64,000 nucleotides of DNA, taken from the NCBI GenBank assembly GCA_040954595.2, contig CM082582.2:10221483-10285482 (forward strand), written 5' to 3'. How positions within the stretch are numbered: position 1 is the stretch's first letter; each line of letters opens with the position of its first letter. The position numbers and the translations under genes are program-made. The DNA comes from Balanoglossus misakiensis (lineage: Eukaryota > Animalia > Hemichordata). Under the pieces are notes generated by a model. It saw only the letters and a program-made list of their open reading frames with translations, did no database searches and was not told the DNA's origin. Positions 36,594-52,000 of the stretch are shown here, piece by piece.

Positions 36594-38069
36594 AAGAGAC
36601 TTTTTGAATGATATCTTAGTAATAACACTTACCAAAGTCAGCTTTTAGAAACTGTACATGTACATAACTTATTTACAGGGTGTATAGTAAAGACCTTGGT
36701 GTACCATTTCCATGTTGAGGTCATAGGTCAATTTGAGTCAAAGGTCAGTAGAGCAGCTTCAGATAGACAACAGCAATTGGGAAAGAAAAAATGCGAATAA
36801 TTTTGTAAGTTTACATAGGGTAGATTAGTTAATTATGAAACACAGTGCAGTTATAAATAATAATAGTTTACATTTTTAGTGTATTTAATTTGGATTTGTT
36901 TGATATAGATCATCACTGACATGAAAAAATTACTAGTAACACTCACATGGACATTGTCAAACATGGACATTTCTTTGTAGTATTCTTTAACTGAAGTGAT
37001 TGTTTTCACTTCAAAAATTAAGCCCATTTGTAAATGATCACTTATTTTAAATAAAATTTTAAAATTCGCAAATACAGAGATTCTCTCCATTTCTCTCCCT
37101 TATGCAACTTGCTCACATCTGGATATAGATATATATCCATATATTCATTTGTCAAACAAAATTCTTGTTTCACATTCAAAGCACCTGGAACTCTGCCAAC
37201 AGAGTGGGGGGAATCTCAACATGTTTATTGATTAAAGACACACTTCAGTCATGCTTGTTTGACAAGACATTATAACTGTTTCAACTGCTTATTGCAAAGA
37301 AATTTGTTAGGTGGGGCATTCTGTAATATAAGACCTCTTCTGTATGATTTGTGCGTTCAGGGAACTTTAAACTTTCACTTCTGATGACAGCATTGAAAAG
37401 CCCCAGCTGCTTGTCAGTTTGATCCAGAAGCACCTTATTAAAATATTTCCATGGAAACAAAACAACTTGCCCCTCAAACATCTATTTAATGAACTATAAC
37501 ATGAACTAAAACCGGTATTAGTCATTGAGGGCTCTGGCTTTTTAAGAAGTAAATACTGATACGCTGGAAGAACGCAATGAATGTTGTTTTTGATCGAGAT
37601 AGTCTAATTAATCTGAACATTTGAGATGAATGGTTCCTATGCTCCAGGAAAAAATATCCAAGAGTCCTGGAATCTGAAACCGAAGTCCTGTAAAATGAGA
37701 ATGTACTTGTGGAAACTGATTTGGTGGTTTGCTCAACTAGGCCCCGACACCAGAATGGCGAGGAATATTGCACTGAATTTCCAACCAATCAGATTGCCTT
37801 TCACTTTGCAGCATGTCATTTGTATAGACATCATTCTGGCTTTCCGGCAATTAAAAAGGAGAATATATTTTGATATGTACATAAACGTGCACGATATAAT
37901 TCTGTTATTGCAGTGTTGAGATACCAGTCGCATCATTATGATCACTTCACACAATCCAAAGTGACGCATAAGATGACCGGAACAGATAATCATACGATGG
38001 AATGAGCAAAGAAATAACTTAAGGTACACTTTATCACAGAGAAACAACGGATTTGTAATGGATTGTCCG

Positions 38070-41000
38070 TCAAAGTGTAGTATTGGCATAGTTTCTCCTT
38101 CCTTTGTGCATCCTAGCATCGAAAATTTCTTCGTCTTCATCATCGCCATTATCTTCGTTTGAGATGAGCATCTGAACAGCATCACCGTTTCTCTCATCTT
38201 CACTCAGGTAGTCCGGAGTTTTGTGTTTGCTGCTCTCTGTTGGCAAGGCGGTGAAAGAGAAATATGATATCTAGCAATTTACAAATGTAATTGAAATATC
38301 GATATTCCTAACTAAAGCTTGCAGAGCAGGCCTATTGACTGCAAAGAGACACAGAATTTCACTGTGTAGGCAGGAGAAGAAACTACCACAGCAGAGGAAC
38401 TCACGTTTCGACCGGAGCGCTTTGAGCAAAACGTGGAAGGCTATCCCGCTTATACACAGGACCATACCAATGGCATTGATGAAAGACAGCTGGTCGCCGG
38501 CGTAGGTTGTGGCCAGGTACAGCACACATATTTCCTGTGCAGAGAGATAACATACATCATTGTATTAAAGGGAAACATTGCCCTTGCTGGTTGTGTCGTG
38601 TGTCTCTTTAAAGGTTCATTGACCAGGGGAAGATATGTGACTTTTGCTTTTCAAGTTTATTGGGTCAAGAAGCCAAACTTCCACGATGATCTTTGGTAAC
38701 CATGAGTTTAAATACCTTGAAGATGCCAGCAATGGAGAGTGTGAGACTGGACGTCTGACTGACCAGCAGGTACTCTGATACGGCTAACAGGAATGCAACG
38801 ACGGCGCCTAGCGACAGTTTGCCCATGGACGCCGCAAAGACGTGCGCATCCGTGTAGGCAAACAGCTGGTCAGTTGTTACCACACTCAAACCTGGGCAAG
38901 GGAAATAAACAACATGAAAATTCCTGTCAGTAAAATCGTGTACAACTGACACTCAAGTGAATTATTCTCTCACAAGTCGTGCTGCTTGCAGCACTGTGAT
39001 TGGACGTACCTTCAAACGCTAAAGCCAATGGCAGCAGCCCAACAATCATGACCGGTTGTAAATGATAGACCACGTCCACCGGATTGGTTAAACCTATGCA
39101 AAATTACAGCAATAAATTGAAGGAAAGGTCAATTTTTGGGCATCTTTTTTCTTCTGAAATACACTACTTTTCTCTGTGCATTTTGCAATATAACACGACA
39201 AAAAACCCGGCAGTAAGAACAGCAAAATACAAGACACAGAAGGATAAATACTCTCTAGCTGCAACTTCATACCTATTTCTTCTTTCTGAGTGAGCATCTG
39301 AGCTAACGACCACCTGATGCCACTGAGCACCGACGCCGTCATCACCAGAATAAAACCGAGCATATGAAACTGAGTTGACTTGTATGTAAATAAAAATAGG
39401 CCTCCGGCTATCAGCAGAATTACACCCAGCAGGGATATCCTCTGCAAGAAATGACGAGGGAAAGGGAGAGGTCAAAGTTCAGCAGGGCATGCCAAAGCAA
39501 AGGCAGTTTGTGATTAGAATACACTGTACATAATTTGATCAGAAAATTTACTTATCAACTTGTGACAGTAAGAATTCTGAATTAAATTCAGATATAATAT
39601 TGAAAGGGGTGTCGTATAGCTAGCACTGTGACCTGCATGGTTTCGAATAGTAATTACAACTCAGAAAAGACTTCTTTAATACATTGTATAATCCCACCAA
39701 CATATGTCTCCCATAAGCCTTGTGCCCACAACAGTTAACCGTATTCATATAAAACTGCCACAGATATACGTGATGACCATTCCAATGTACACCTACATTG
39801 ATGTATCGATAAAATTCTCTCCCTCTCTGATGACAGTTTGCTATTTTAATTGCGTTTCTAATACCAGTAGAAATCGACCCTTTCCCAAAGAGTCACACAA
39901 GTCATTTATTGTCAGAGAAAAGAGTCTGCCGTGTCATGACATCAATATGGACTGGTGGAAACCCAGCCTATTTGCCTACACGTTTGTTGGTCCAAACGTG
40001 TTATTTTTCAAAGAATGGTCGGGCCGTATATTAAACAAAAGAAAAAGGAATTTGATATTATTACAATTGATAGACAACTTTTTTACAGACACATTCACTG
40101 CAATGGAATGTTTGACTTTACATATTATTATTATTAAATGTCCCTGTGTGTTTGGAAAGCTGATCAGAATGTTGCCATACGGTATCCGAAATGTATTCCC
40201 AAAATAGTCCGCTAAAATAACTTGCTACAGTTAGGCATCTCCATATTAACAGTAGTGCAGTAGAAAACACAGGCCATATGGAAGACCAAATCCCCTATTT
40301 GGTGTGACTTACTGGATGAATATAAAAATGTTGTTTTTTGTTCTCAGGTAATATATACCCTCTTTCTCCCATCTATAGGGTTTGAGGTTGAACAGGTAGA
40401 AAGTACATGTACTTACAAACTTTTCCAGTTTGAATATGACTGCAAATATAAGGATGAATACGATACAGGAAGACTTTGACATTGTGTACAGAGAGACTGT
40501 TATGTACAGGAAACTCCAATTGGATAACCCGATGTCCAACGACGTTGCCAAACCTGTGAAACAATCACATGTGACTGATATCAGCTCCAACCTAATTTCC
40601 AAACAAAAGAACTCCATGAGTGATTGGACTATTCACAGATGGTTCATGATCACTGTTATATTTTTACTGTGGGTACAGATCCACCAGGATATTTATATTT
40701 TAATGGTAAACATCACAAGCTGTTACAGTTGTTAAACCAGCGGCTGTGAGTTAAAAAGTTAATTGGGACACATTTTATTGTGCCCCCCCCCCCCCCCCCC
40801 CCCTGTCTGTTGCAGGGTCATTGTATATATGCAATGTATCAATCAAAATATTTGAGAATCATGGATTAAGGACTGTGCCTTTAAGACATTCGTTGCGTCA
40901 CAATGTGATATGTGATAGTACTTGGCTGGCTTTAATTTATATAGAGAACAATTTTTAAAATATGGTGCCTTATCATCTAAACATCTTTACCCATGGTCAT

Positions 41001-41483
41001 CTCACCTGTTGGTGCTACCCTTTTTAAATACAGAGACCATCCCAAAGTGAGAGGTTTTTTCTTGGTTATACACCACGTCACCTGTCTAACGATGAATGCC
41101 AGAATAAACTTCAGCACCAAATGGTAGATTGTCACTGTGAGTGGGTAATGAAAATTCTGCAAAGAAAAATACCAGTACAAATTACTTTTTTGTAATTGAT
41201 AAAATCAATTATTATTATCACAACCATAACATAATGTTTTTCTCTCTAAAACCACATTCAAAATGTAAGCTGCAGTTTTTAGTTTGCAGTACCAACTCAC
41301 CCCGAAAAGCCATTTGTTGTAGAATGTCAAACTTATGGAAAAGGAATAATAAAGTAGGATGAGGAAGACTGTCTTTATTCCCAACAGAAAGAAGTCGTAG
41401 TACAGAGATCTCTGTATCTTCTTCGGGACCACTTTCTTGACACGCGCCTCAAAAATTCTCCGGCTACGACCTGGAATGTCCAT
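38070..41483 (-). CDS. SLC35C2: Solute carrier family 35 member C2 (nucleotide-sugar transporter family), multi-exon
   Basis: Exon translations: [86 protein letters not shown]. Inferred ATG at 41483 and TGA at 38072-38070. Confidence 0.92.
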
Positions 41484-42240
41484 GATTGATTTGTTGTTAA
41501 CGAGTCTTTGGGTAGGCTGTTCACAATACAAGCTTCTAGTTCTGGCCGTGCAAGTGATTGCCACCTATAGTATATGATATGGGATCAGTCAAACTCCAAA
41601 GTTCAATGTTGTGATCCCGTGGCCACGGAGAAGCAGATGATGAAATTGCGTGGACCGAACTCGGAAATTCAACGTTAGATGGCTTATTACGCATGTTCAT
41701 TCGTTAGAGTTTTCCTTGTTAATATTCGTTTGTGATGACTAAATATAGAAAACTGTCAGTTTTGCATACAGTGAACACATATACTGCACGGGCACACAGA
41801 AGATGAAATCGCCACGTTGTCCATCCCATCCATCCACCTGGTTACGTTCCCGGTGTAACAATCACTCTTTCAAACCGATCGCCTTGGGTCATGGTCGTTT
41901 AAGGACGCAGGCTTCAATATCTCTGTCCTCCCAACGCGAAAAGCTTGAACAGTTCGCTAAACAAGCACACACACCGGAAAATGATGGAGAGAGTAGCGGC
42001 CAAACGCGTTGACTTCTCAAACCCGGAAGCTTGTCTCATTATACCGGAAGTAGGAGGTGGCATGTTTACATTGTTTGTTGTTTAGTAACTCCAATGTGTT
42101 GCGCCAGTTTTTGAAAGTGCGTCTTGATCCAGCTGGGATATCTGGTCAAATATTGGTGTTTGCCCCTTTTGGAGGAGAAATCGCCGTAGTACTAAGACAG
42201 GAGACTGAAGTGTCGCAAGGAAACACACACAAAAAAGAGG
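41484..42240. promoter_or_regulatory. Bidirectional promoter region SLC35C2/CEP76 with ETS (GABP-like) sites
   Basis: Divergent ATGs about 760 bp apart. CCGGAAG at 42023 and CCGGAAGT at 42044, with a third copy at 42518 in CEP76 intron 1. Confidence 0.55.
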
Positions 42241-45200
42241 ATGACACTCCCACCAGAGAAGATTTCCGAACTGAAACAGATCATTCACTCCCAACTGTCG
42301 CAGGTATGAACTTGTGTATGTAAACGCGCGACCGATGCGTGTTGTGACGGAGCCCAGTGACCGGGCCGGGTGAATCAAAGCGACTTGCTGCTTATAAGCT
42401 GAACGTACAAACGATCGGTTGTGTGAAAAAGTTCACTCAGACTTTATATTGGTGTGCGATGCGGTCAATTCATTACTGTCACCATCGTTCTCGAAAAGAA
42501 GGAAAAATCTCTCTGACCCGGAAGTAACCACACGTGCATAAGTGTTTATTGCAATTGACAGCTGACAGTGTCACTGTGACAACATGTAGTGTGATGTACA
42601 GTCACAATGCAGTGTCAGTTGCGCACTGTTGAAATCCCAATAGCCCAGTTATTGACTCTGAAATTAACGTGTTAACCTTTTCATAAACAACATTCACTGT
42701 CATTAAAAGCGATTGTTATTAAACTCTGAGCACTGAGCGCTCTAAGAAAGAGTCTATCATAATCAAGAGTGTTGGAGTGGCCATGGAGCTAGAAGGGGTA
42801 TCCTCAACTCGTGTGAGAATTCTATCAGTCTCCCTACACCCCCATTGACCAACAGTTGTCCCATGTGAATGTTGAAACAATGCATTAATACAGGTATTAT
42901 AAGCATATCCCACTTGCATAGCAATTCAGTTGGTATTGAGATCATGACTATGAATTATCACCTTGCCATAGATGGACATTCAGTCCAGGATCAGGGAAGT
43001 GCTGATGGAAACGGTCCGGAATGAAGAGCAGCTGGGCAAATCCAGGGAACCGGTATCGGAGGAGGAGCTGATGGAAGCCCTCCGACAGCGAGGCTTGGTG
43101 GACGACGTGATGAGACAACTGCAGTTCGACAGCGTTCCTGAAAGACCTGAACGGGGGAAGCCGTCGACGCATTTCAGAGACAAAGACAGTAAAGTTAGAA
43201 GAGTTCCCTTGCAGAAAGGTTTGTGGTGTTAACTATTACAAGGGTATAATATCCACAGCATACATGCACATGCGTGCGCGCAAACACACTCATACAAATG
43301 TAGAAACAAAATGCCTTAAAAATTATGGTCGTGAAAACTTTGTGACAATTATAATTCCATGAGACTTTTCCCTTTTTCAGCAAATGTTGATCCAACCAGG
43401 AGATACCTGTACTTACAAATCCTGGGCGGCAAAGCATTCCTCGAACACCTGCAAGAACCAGAACCTCTGCCGGGCCAAGCTCATGCCACCTTCACTCTGC
43501 ACATCAACTTCAGGGGTCAGAGATTCAAATCCAGACCCATTGCTTGTGCCTGTGAGCCTGACATACAGGAGGGCTTTCTCTTGGAGCTGCATAAAGACAG
43601 TGCAGGTATGTGTGTCCATTTGTGCGTTTGGAGGGTTCAAGCTGGAGCTGTGCCTTTGAACCTATTTTCGAACTTGAATTTTTGTGATCTGACATACACA
43701 TATACCGGCCCTCATGGAGATAAAGCAACAGTATACTTATCACTCAACTCACACCCAGTAATTTTTTTCCAATGTCCAGGCGATGCCGCTGGTATGGCCA
43801 ACAGTACAACCATGCTGTCACTCTGCGATCCCATTCACATCGTGCTCATCAAGACCGACCTATCGGGAGACACCACCTTGGTGACATCACACCACCTAGA
43901 GTGGCGGTCAGTTCTTGCCACTGGCAGTGGATGTCGAAACGTGCCAGTTGAACTCATGGGTGTGGGTAAGTTAAGTTGCTACATCACCTCTGAGATAAGT
44001 TAATTAATCCATGGCCCATAGAGTGACTGTGGTTAATCCAATGTTTGTGATGACTCAACAGGGACAGAATCCAAGGTACCTGTTGGAGTCTTAGAGCTAA
44101 GGTTAGAGCTGATACCAACCCCTACTCAGATGCTGAAGGAAGACATTATCACAGCTCAGGTGAGTCACATGTTGGAGCAACATACTAGTACATTACTGTG
44201 TGTGACAGTGTATATATATGAAACATTGCCTGTACCATGCAGTTTTACTGTCTGTGGATTACTGGAGTTACCGATGTAGCTGTTCTGTTCACAGACGGCG
44301 TTGGAGAGAAACCGGACGGCCGAGCGCGAGAGGTTATTCCTTGTGTATGCCAAACAGTGGTGGAGGGAATATCTACAGATCAGAGCCTCGCACAACAACA
44401 GGCTTGTCAAGATATTTGCACAGGTGAGACAACCCTTACCATTTGAGTGAATGACCCTTTGACACTGACTGAACCCATATGATAAGTTTTCTTCTAAGCT
44501 GGGCTCAAAATAATGCATTGTCCATTTATTGATCATGGCGCACACAGAGGTAGAAAGAAAATTTGTTTTGTGTTTTGACATATTCAGGATGAGAATGGTG
44601 TTAACCGACCTGTGTGCAGTTACATAAGACCGCTCCGTGCTGGCAGACTACTGGACACTCCAAGACAAGCTTCTAGGTTTGTTAGTGCCATTGGCTATGA
44701 GAGAACAACAACCGTGGGCAGTGGTGGCTCCAGGATGGAGCTCTGGTCATCCATGCATGCATTGGTCTGTAAAAACAAGGGGGTAAGTGCTAGTGGGATT
44801 ATAGGGGGCGTACTTCCGTCGAACATGTAGGTAGACACGAGACAATTTCTGTTGTGGATTCCTCAAATTGTTTCAGAAGGATGTTCGCAGATCGTGGGAA
44901 CTAAGGCTGACAATATGACACAGTTTTTGATCTGTGTGGGTACTTTTGGTTCTGATTCTGATAAATTAGCAACAGAAAATCTTTATGACCATTACTTGCA
45001 CAGAATAATGTTGAAATTTTTTTCACACATTAGGATTGTGAAGACCATGCAGTTCTTCTGTGCAGTCTTCTACTGGGATTTGGTTTGAATGCCTATGTGT
45101 GTGTTGGCACCAAAAGCAAAGGAGCAGCCCACGCCTGGGTCATGACCTTGTCCACAGACGGACTTGTCACATTCTGGGAAAGTCTAACAGGCCAAAGGTA

Positions 45201-48200
45201 TATGATGTTTTCGTACTCAATGATCATGAATAGAAATCTGTTTGTTTTTGTCGCACCGCATAAAGGAAATGTTGCATACGATCATTTACAAATCAAAGCG
45301 TTATGACCATCTTTTTCTTCCCTGTCTGTTTTTCCACAGGTACATTCACCAGCCAATTAATCCGGATGACCCACCGGCAGAACCTCAGCCGCAGCCAACG
45401 TATCCATACAGAACCATCGGCTGCGTCTTCAACCATCAGCACTTCTACGCCAATAGCCAGGTAATAAGACACACACTTCCCCCGTACAGTCACCATGGAA
45501 ACCAACTAACAACAGCTATGGGTGCATTGGTACATTTACAAAGGAATACATGTACTGTTTCCACTGTGAAACTAGACATTGTCCATATGGGTATCATGCC
45601 CTCAAACAGCAACACTCCTGCTCTTTTGTTTTTCTTTATTGAGATGCTATGTGCATTTGTTCTGCCACAACAAACACAGATGTTTCCTTGGCAAAGTGGG
45701 CAAAGGGAACTACCAGTATTTCTGCACGACTCAAGTTTCAGACATAAATCATTTTCCTTTTCTGAACTGTCATGTCGATGGCAATCTAAGCTTGCTTTTT
45801 CCATTTTTGTATCTCCTTGATTCCAATACCAGTTCACTAATTTCATGCTTTATTTTGAGGAGGAAATGAGAAAAACTCTTGGCACCTACAACAGCATTTT
45901 AACATTTTACATAAAAAGGGCATGCTACTATTATAGTAACAGAGTGTGGGCCAGCAAGAGGCTTTGTGTGTGGAGACACTACACTTGACTTTTTCAGTAA
46001 GCTTCTTTGGAGGAAAGGAAGATTGGTGTGGGTGTACATGTCTAATCGTGTATCTGATTTTGAGAATCTCAAAATGTCACCATTTTTCACAGACACTTGC
46101 CATTTGATCAAGAAGTGAATGTTTTCAAAGAGTAACAGGCAAAAAACCCCAGAGAGTTGGCAAATCATCCCTTAAAGTTGCCGACCATTGAAATTCAAAA
46201 TGGCCGCCAAATTTCTCTGATAGTGTTGTGGGATGTTGCTAGGTGCTGATTACCCAATTTGTGATTGCTTTGATGGTAGCACACGACTTACTACTATGTT
46301 TGATGAGTGAATATGGGGGGAGGTGGAAAAAAGTTGGAGAATCTGCAGGTATTCCATCAATAATTAGTTATCTGAGCATCTTGATTGATGACTGTGCAAG
46401 ACAAAAGAAAAGTCAATATCCGGAGTTAGATTTCATTAAAAATACCATTGAAACCCACATTAGATCAGCTATTCTTGCAAAAAGGTGTTTTATAATAATG
46501 CTGTACACGATAACCTCCCAGCAACTCAGTCATTTCAGTTTCTGGCCATGTCACGAACGTTTGCACCGGTGGTCTATAAAAAGCAACAGAGAGAGGCGCC
46601 CAGAATAGAACAAGACTGGAGTAGACTGTTGTAGTGCCTGAAGTATTTTCATCAATCAAATGGAGAAACGGTGTGTTTTTACTGTTGTCTCTAGGACATG
46701 TGTTTGCAAGTGATAAACATTTGGAGTTATCAGACATTAGATAGCCAGCGCCCGAGCCGAGTGAACAGCGCAGGAAGACAATAATGAGAAAATTCAAACC
46801 GGAGGTTTTATTACGATGATGCATCATAGCATGGCACATTTTGGAGGCTTGTTTCCGTAGGCCAGCTCTTGCCGAGGAAAGGGTCTTAAATCGCATGCTA
46901 GATATTGGAGCGTCTGGCAAGATATCTACTGTGATTGCCTGTTTTAATGTCTGCAGAAGTGTCCCAAAAATAGCTATAGGTCTCGGAGACACGTTTTCAT
47001 TTCAGAGAGACGGCTCCACTGCAGTAATGCGGTCTTGTAAATGTTGCGAGTGCTTTGCCGACTTCTGGCATTTGGCGCAGCTGCAGTCAGACTGACCTGA
47101 ATCGGCAGGTGGTGCTTGCAAATTATTTGTTGGTGGGAAAGCTGCTGTTTTTCTATTACGGCGATGCCGTGTCTGGTCGGTATTAAATATTACAAAACAG
47201 AACACAAATATTTTTCTTTTTTCAATGTTTACACGGTACACAATGTTCGAAAAGGTCATCGGAGGCACGTCCCAGAATAGCTAGGAAAATGTATCTACCT
47301 GGATAGAAATGGCTACTTTTAAAGAGAATGAGTAAACAATCTATGAATAAATACAAATGAGCCATATTGTGAACTGTATCACTCGACAGAGCTATTTTCG
47401 TGTGATGAACCTCTTTAAAAAAACTAGGACGCTCACGACTAATTCTGGGGGCGTGGCAGAATATTTTTAAAAAAGTAATATAATTTTATTAATATAGAGG
47501 TTCCCAGCAGGACTACAACCAGGGTATCTCGCTAGAACTGCGCATTTGCAACTTTTTAATGAGCAGTGCAGTTAAGCCCTGGTGATGGAGTATGCCGCGC
47601 CAGAATTGATGTCGTATGTTGCTGTTTTCATCGCAGAGTGCAATGAAAAATTTTCTAACCTGGCCTTGACATGTATTAAACATCAACCATAATTTTTTTT
47701 TTCATTTCATCACAGCCATCAGATGCAGTAGAGTTGTGTCGTTTCGACTTCTACAACGAATCTCTCTGGAAGGGAATGTCCGAAGATGCCATCCATTCGG
47801 TCTGCGCTTTGGGAAACCAGGTAGAGCAGCAACTTCCATATGTTCAATGTTAACGCCGTAATTATAGCCAACAACTCTCTAAATGAAATCTCTTGGGATA
47901 TCAATCCTCATCATTATTTCACACCTCCCACCAAACAACAAAATCTGAGGGTAAAAATACATAGCGAAGCCTTCACCAAGCACAAGGACGTTTTGATTTT
48001 GGCTTATTAAATCGCTCAGCAGGATGCTGATTTTTTTTTCCATTCTCTTGAGAATCATCAGCGTTCACTGATTAGAATTATGTCCATGGACGCTTCACTG
48101 CTACAGACAGTGCTTCAAGTGATGAAAAATGAATGATTTGACAAATCTTGTTTTTTTTTTCTACTTTTGCAGCCCAGCTGGCCGAACGTCATACCTCTGA

Positions 48201-49026
48201 TTCCCTCCTCAGTGGACACTGCCCTGGCTAGCAACGAACTGGAACTCCAGCTGCGAGCTCTCACCTCTGAACACAGGAGGGTAAGTTCAAGTACTTTTTG
48301 GGACGTTTTCCGGTGAAGTGGGTAATCAGGTGATCTCTACCCACACTCAACACTAGCAGCAGCAGAGCAGTTTTGAATTCAATGTTAGGGTCCTGTCGTG
48401 CTGTGTTACATGTACTTTGGGCAGTCAAATTGCACAGTGTATGTAAATTGTAACTCTGTTGCCATTTTTTATTTTCAGGACATGGGTTTGACGTGCGTGT
48501 GGGATGATGAGCTGTGTTATCTGCTGTCTCCGGCGCTGGCCGCGTACGAGCTGGAGCGCTCGACGGGGCTGACGGCCGGCAACGAGGAATTCCAGCAAGC
48601 AATACGTCGCGCTGTTCCCGACGGCCACACCTTCAAGGGCTTTCCCATTCAGTTCCTGCACAGAAACGCCAGACGAGCGTTCGCAACGTGTCTCAGGTTT
48701 GTCTTGCTCTGAAGAATAACTCTGAGATTTCTGTTTTCGTCAAATTCTCTGAGTGTAAAATGGCCGGGGCGTGGTGCCACTCTTGAGAAAAGTATGCGAC
48801 ATTGTATTAGATATAATAGGAGCAAGTTTCTACACTGTATGGCCAAAAAGGTGCAACTAAAAACTTTTCACTTTCTCTTCACTGTAGATCACCAGTCTGT
48901 GAGGAGATACTAACGTGCCGAGGGGACCACGTGAGAATCGCGGTGCGGGTTCGCGTCTTCACGTATCCAGAGTCTGCGCATGCCGTGTGGGTGATGTTTG
49001 CGTGCAAATACAAGTCCATCCTCTAG
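42241..49026 (+). CDS. CEP76: Centrosomal protein of 76 kDa, multi-exon
   Basis: Start MTLPPEKISELKQIIHSQLSQ|MDIQSRIREVL; DPTRRYLYLQILGGKAFLEHL; ERERLFLVYAKQWWREY; GDCEDHAVLLCSLLLGFG; AIRRAVPDGHTFKGFPIQF; end VWVMFACKYKSIL* (TAG at 49024-49026). Confidence 0.95.
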
Positions 49027-52000
49027 AGACGCAGATGTAACACCAATCTGAAGAGATAACATTTTCAACTTGTGATGAGACTGCACTCTTCATCAAAAAA
49101 AATTTCTTTGCAACATTTAACACATTTAATTACCTATATTACGATTATTAAACTGATAATGATGATGCAAGAGATATGAACTTTATTCTTGTTCTAATAG
49201 TAATTATGGATTATTAATAGTGAAATGGAATTTTTTCAATCAGAATATAAATTGATCGTACAGAATAAATTATTTTAACAAAGACCTTGAATTACTATAA
49301 TTTATTACTTATACTCTTCCTTCTGAATTGAAGTACTTGTATGTAGCAGTTGAATGTAATTTCTTTTTTATTTTGTAAGAATTGCTATCGATTATTAAAA
49401 AGGATATTTTGTACATATTGAGTGTCGTATCATTTTACTTTATCAAGCCCTTTTATGAATTCTATGGCCTTGTCACTAAATTTTTCAAAGTCAGGCGACT
49501 GGTTTTCATTTCTTTGCTGCGAAGCTTGATAAAGACTAGTCCACACACATAGAAAATTTACTTACCAAGTAACTACTCATTATACGGGCCCATGTTTCAC
49601 AGACCATACCACTGGAACCTAGGGGTGACCACACACGTGACAGGTGCAGAGGGGCAACAGAGAGAGAATATGACCACACAACACCTTTCCAAGATATATT
49701 TACATTTATTTGTATTTTTTTTCATATAGAAGGTTAAAATATAAAGATGTTAGAATAATGATCAAAATACAAACGAGCTCACACAAAGTCTTATTGCATT
49801 GAACATTCGAAACGGAAACTCACATCACGAGACGACAATGGACTGTATACAACTAAGCAGCCAATGAAAATGGGAAAAAGAAAAGAAAAAAAGCACAGAA
49901 CCATTCAATTTTTATATGATTCTTTCTTTGGGGATAAATAATATATACGTAATACATTTTATGTAATATAGTCACATATCTGTTTAATATCACACTATTT
50001 TGTTTGATACTGTGCACAAGTATACAGGTTACGACATCTTCATGTACTGACGGTCTAACCAGACAATTTTTTTTGAACATCTTTTCACGACATGAAATAA
50101 CACTAGAAATCATAAATTGACCACACAGTAGTCCTCTGTACCCAGTAAACATACAAAAACATAAATACTAGATTCTTAACATCCGAAGCGGTTTGCTTGC
50201 ATGATGATATTCAGAGAGAGAAGACGTCTGGTTCTCTTCTCTTTACTTTCTAACCACAGTTCGACCCTTTCACCACCATGCACCCCCATTTCCAAAGTGT
50301 ATAGGTCCAACCCCACCACTGCATGACAGCAACGACGGTTGAAACCACAGAGTCCAGAGGTGAAAGGGCGGAAAAAAAGATGGGCATCAGTCTGAGTTCT
50401 TTATGAAAGACACTTGAAAGGTTTAAGTTTTATCACGAGATAAATCAATGAGTTGGGTTTTTTTAACTTGGCACTAATATAGAAACCACAAGACCAACAC
50501 TCCTACCATGTTACATTCAGCTTTCGGTATTTGTACGTGCAGCCGCTATATCCACTACCCTTTTCTCTGTACAGTGCTTCTTAGATTTTGTACAACATTT
50601 TTATATTTAAAAATCCATTTTTTTCAATAAAGGTGACCTATGCTAACTAGTTCAGTCCTCTTTCAGAAGTTCATCTCCACATTAAGGAGTCAATTATACT
50701 TTCGTGTTTTCTAGACAACACAGACATCGCGACAAACTGATTGTCAGTCAAATATGTTCTGTCAAGCTAAGAGCCACCCATCAATGGGGGCTGGGACAAT
50801 CCTTTATCTTGCACTTGAAATTTTGGAACTATAATTTTACACTTCCGTTTGCAAACCTGGTGAGTGGCAAAATTGTCCATACCCATGAGATTTTGTTTGA
50901 ACTATGCTGGGGGTCCATAAAGTGAAGTCTTAAATTGCAAGACTGGAGAGAAAATGCATTTCTTCCTTGCAAATTGGAACTTGTTGCCTTCTTTGTAAAT
51001 ATGAAGGCAGCCACCTGTCACATGATATCATCACTCTCTGTGATTGGCTCTCAGAGAAACCTATTAATATTCATATATTCATACACTGCAATTATGGTTC
51101 TACCATGATATCTGTCATTAATATTCGGGAAAGTCTCCTGGACCTGAATAACCAGAGTACATTGAATAGATGAATATGTATCATGTTGAAAAACAATAGC
51201 ACCCCCTTCCCTCAGACACACACATACATGGTCATACTGTTTGTACCCCTTGAACAGTCCCATCGATGTTGGACACACGCGGAAAAAGGCATGCAGATAC
51301 AAAGTAATGACCCAAATAAATAAATAAATTATGATGCAGTCTGCAATTGTGAACTTCTGAAAGAGAACTTATGACAGGCATAGTTGTTGATATGCGATGC
51401 AAAACTGAGAGCTGCAGTTCTATTTCATAGAGTAGGTACTATATTCTGTGTCACAGGAGGGGAACAAAAATAGTCCTTGCAAAAAACGCACAGGCCTACT
51501 ACAGATGAAAATAGACAGTATCAAAAATTTGGGGGTTTTCCATGGTTTTTCACAAAAATAGTTTCTTCTTCAAAACACATATCAGCCAATACATTATCAG
51601 AGGACAAGCTTAACACACACAGTATTTTATTCTGTCCGGGTATGGGCCATAAGGTTTCCTCCTAAAAAGCTAACCATCGTAATACAATATGTTTTGTTGT
51701 TTTTCTTTCCATAAACAAGAATCTGTGCCGACTTTTGGCTGAAACACTTCTCTATCATGATAATTAAATTTAGCAAACCTTAGACCGAGTTTTCTACTTG
51801 AGTGTATTTTTTTAATATAAGCTTAGTTCGTTTTTCTCTTTTTTTTCAATTTTTTTTTTGATAGAAACCGCACAATCCATCCCTTGGCATTTGGACGAAA
51901 CATTTTTGATTGTGGGGATCCACTGCTGGCAGCCTGACATTTAATTGTCAGCGGATTGTCTTTTGTTGACAAGTTTTGTCACACTCATTGTCTTTCACGC

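Noticed and set aside
40783-40803. Poly-C tracts (also near 56040, 60660 and 63030) as possible G-quadruplex elements
   Set aside because: Simple intronic homopolymers with no evidence of function; their lengths are unreliable in assemblies.
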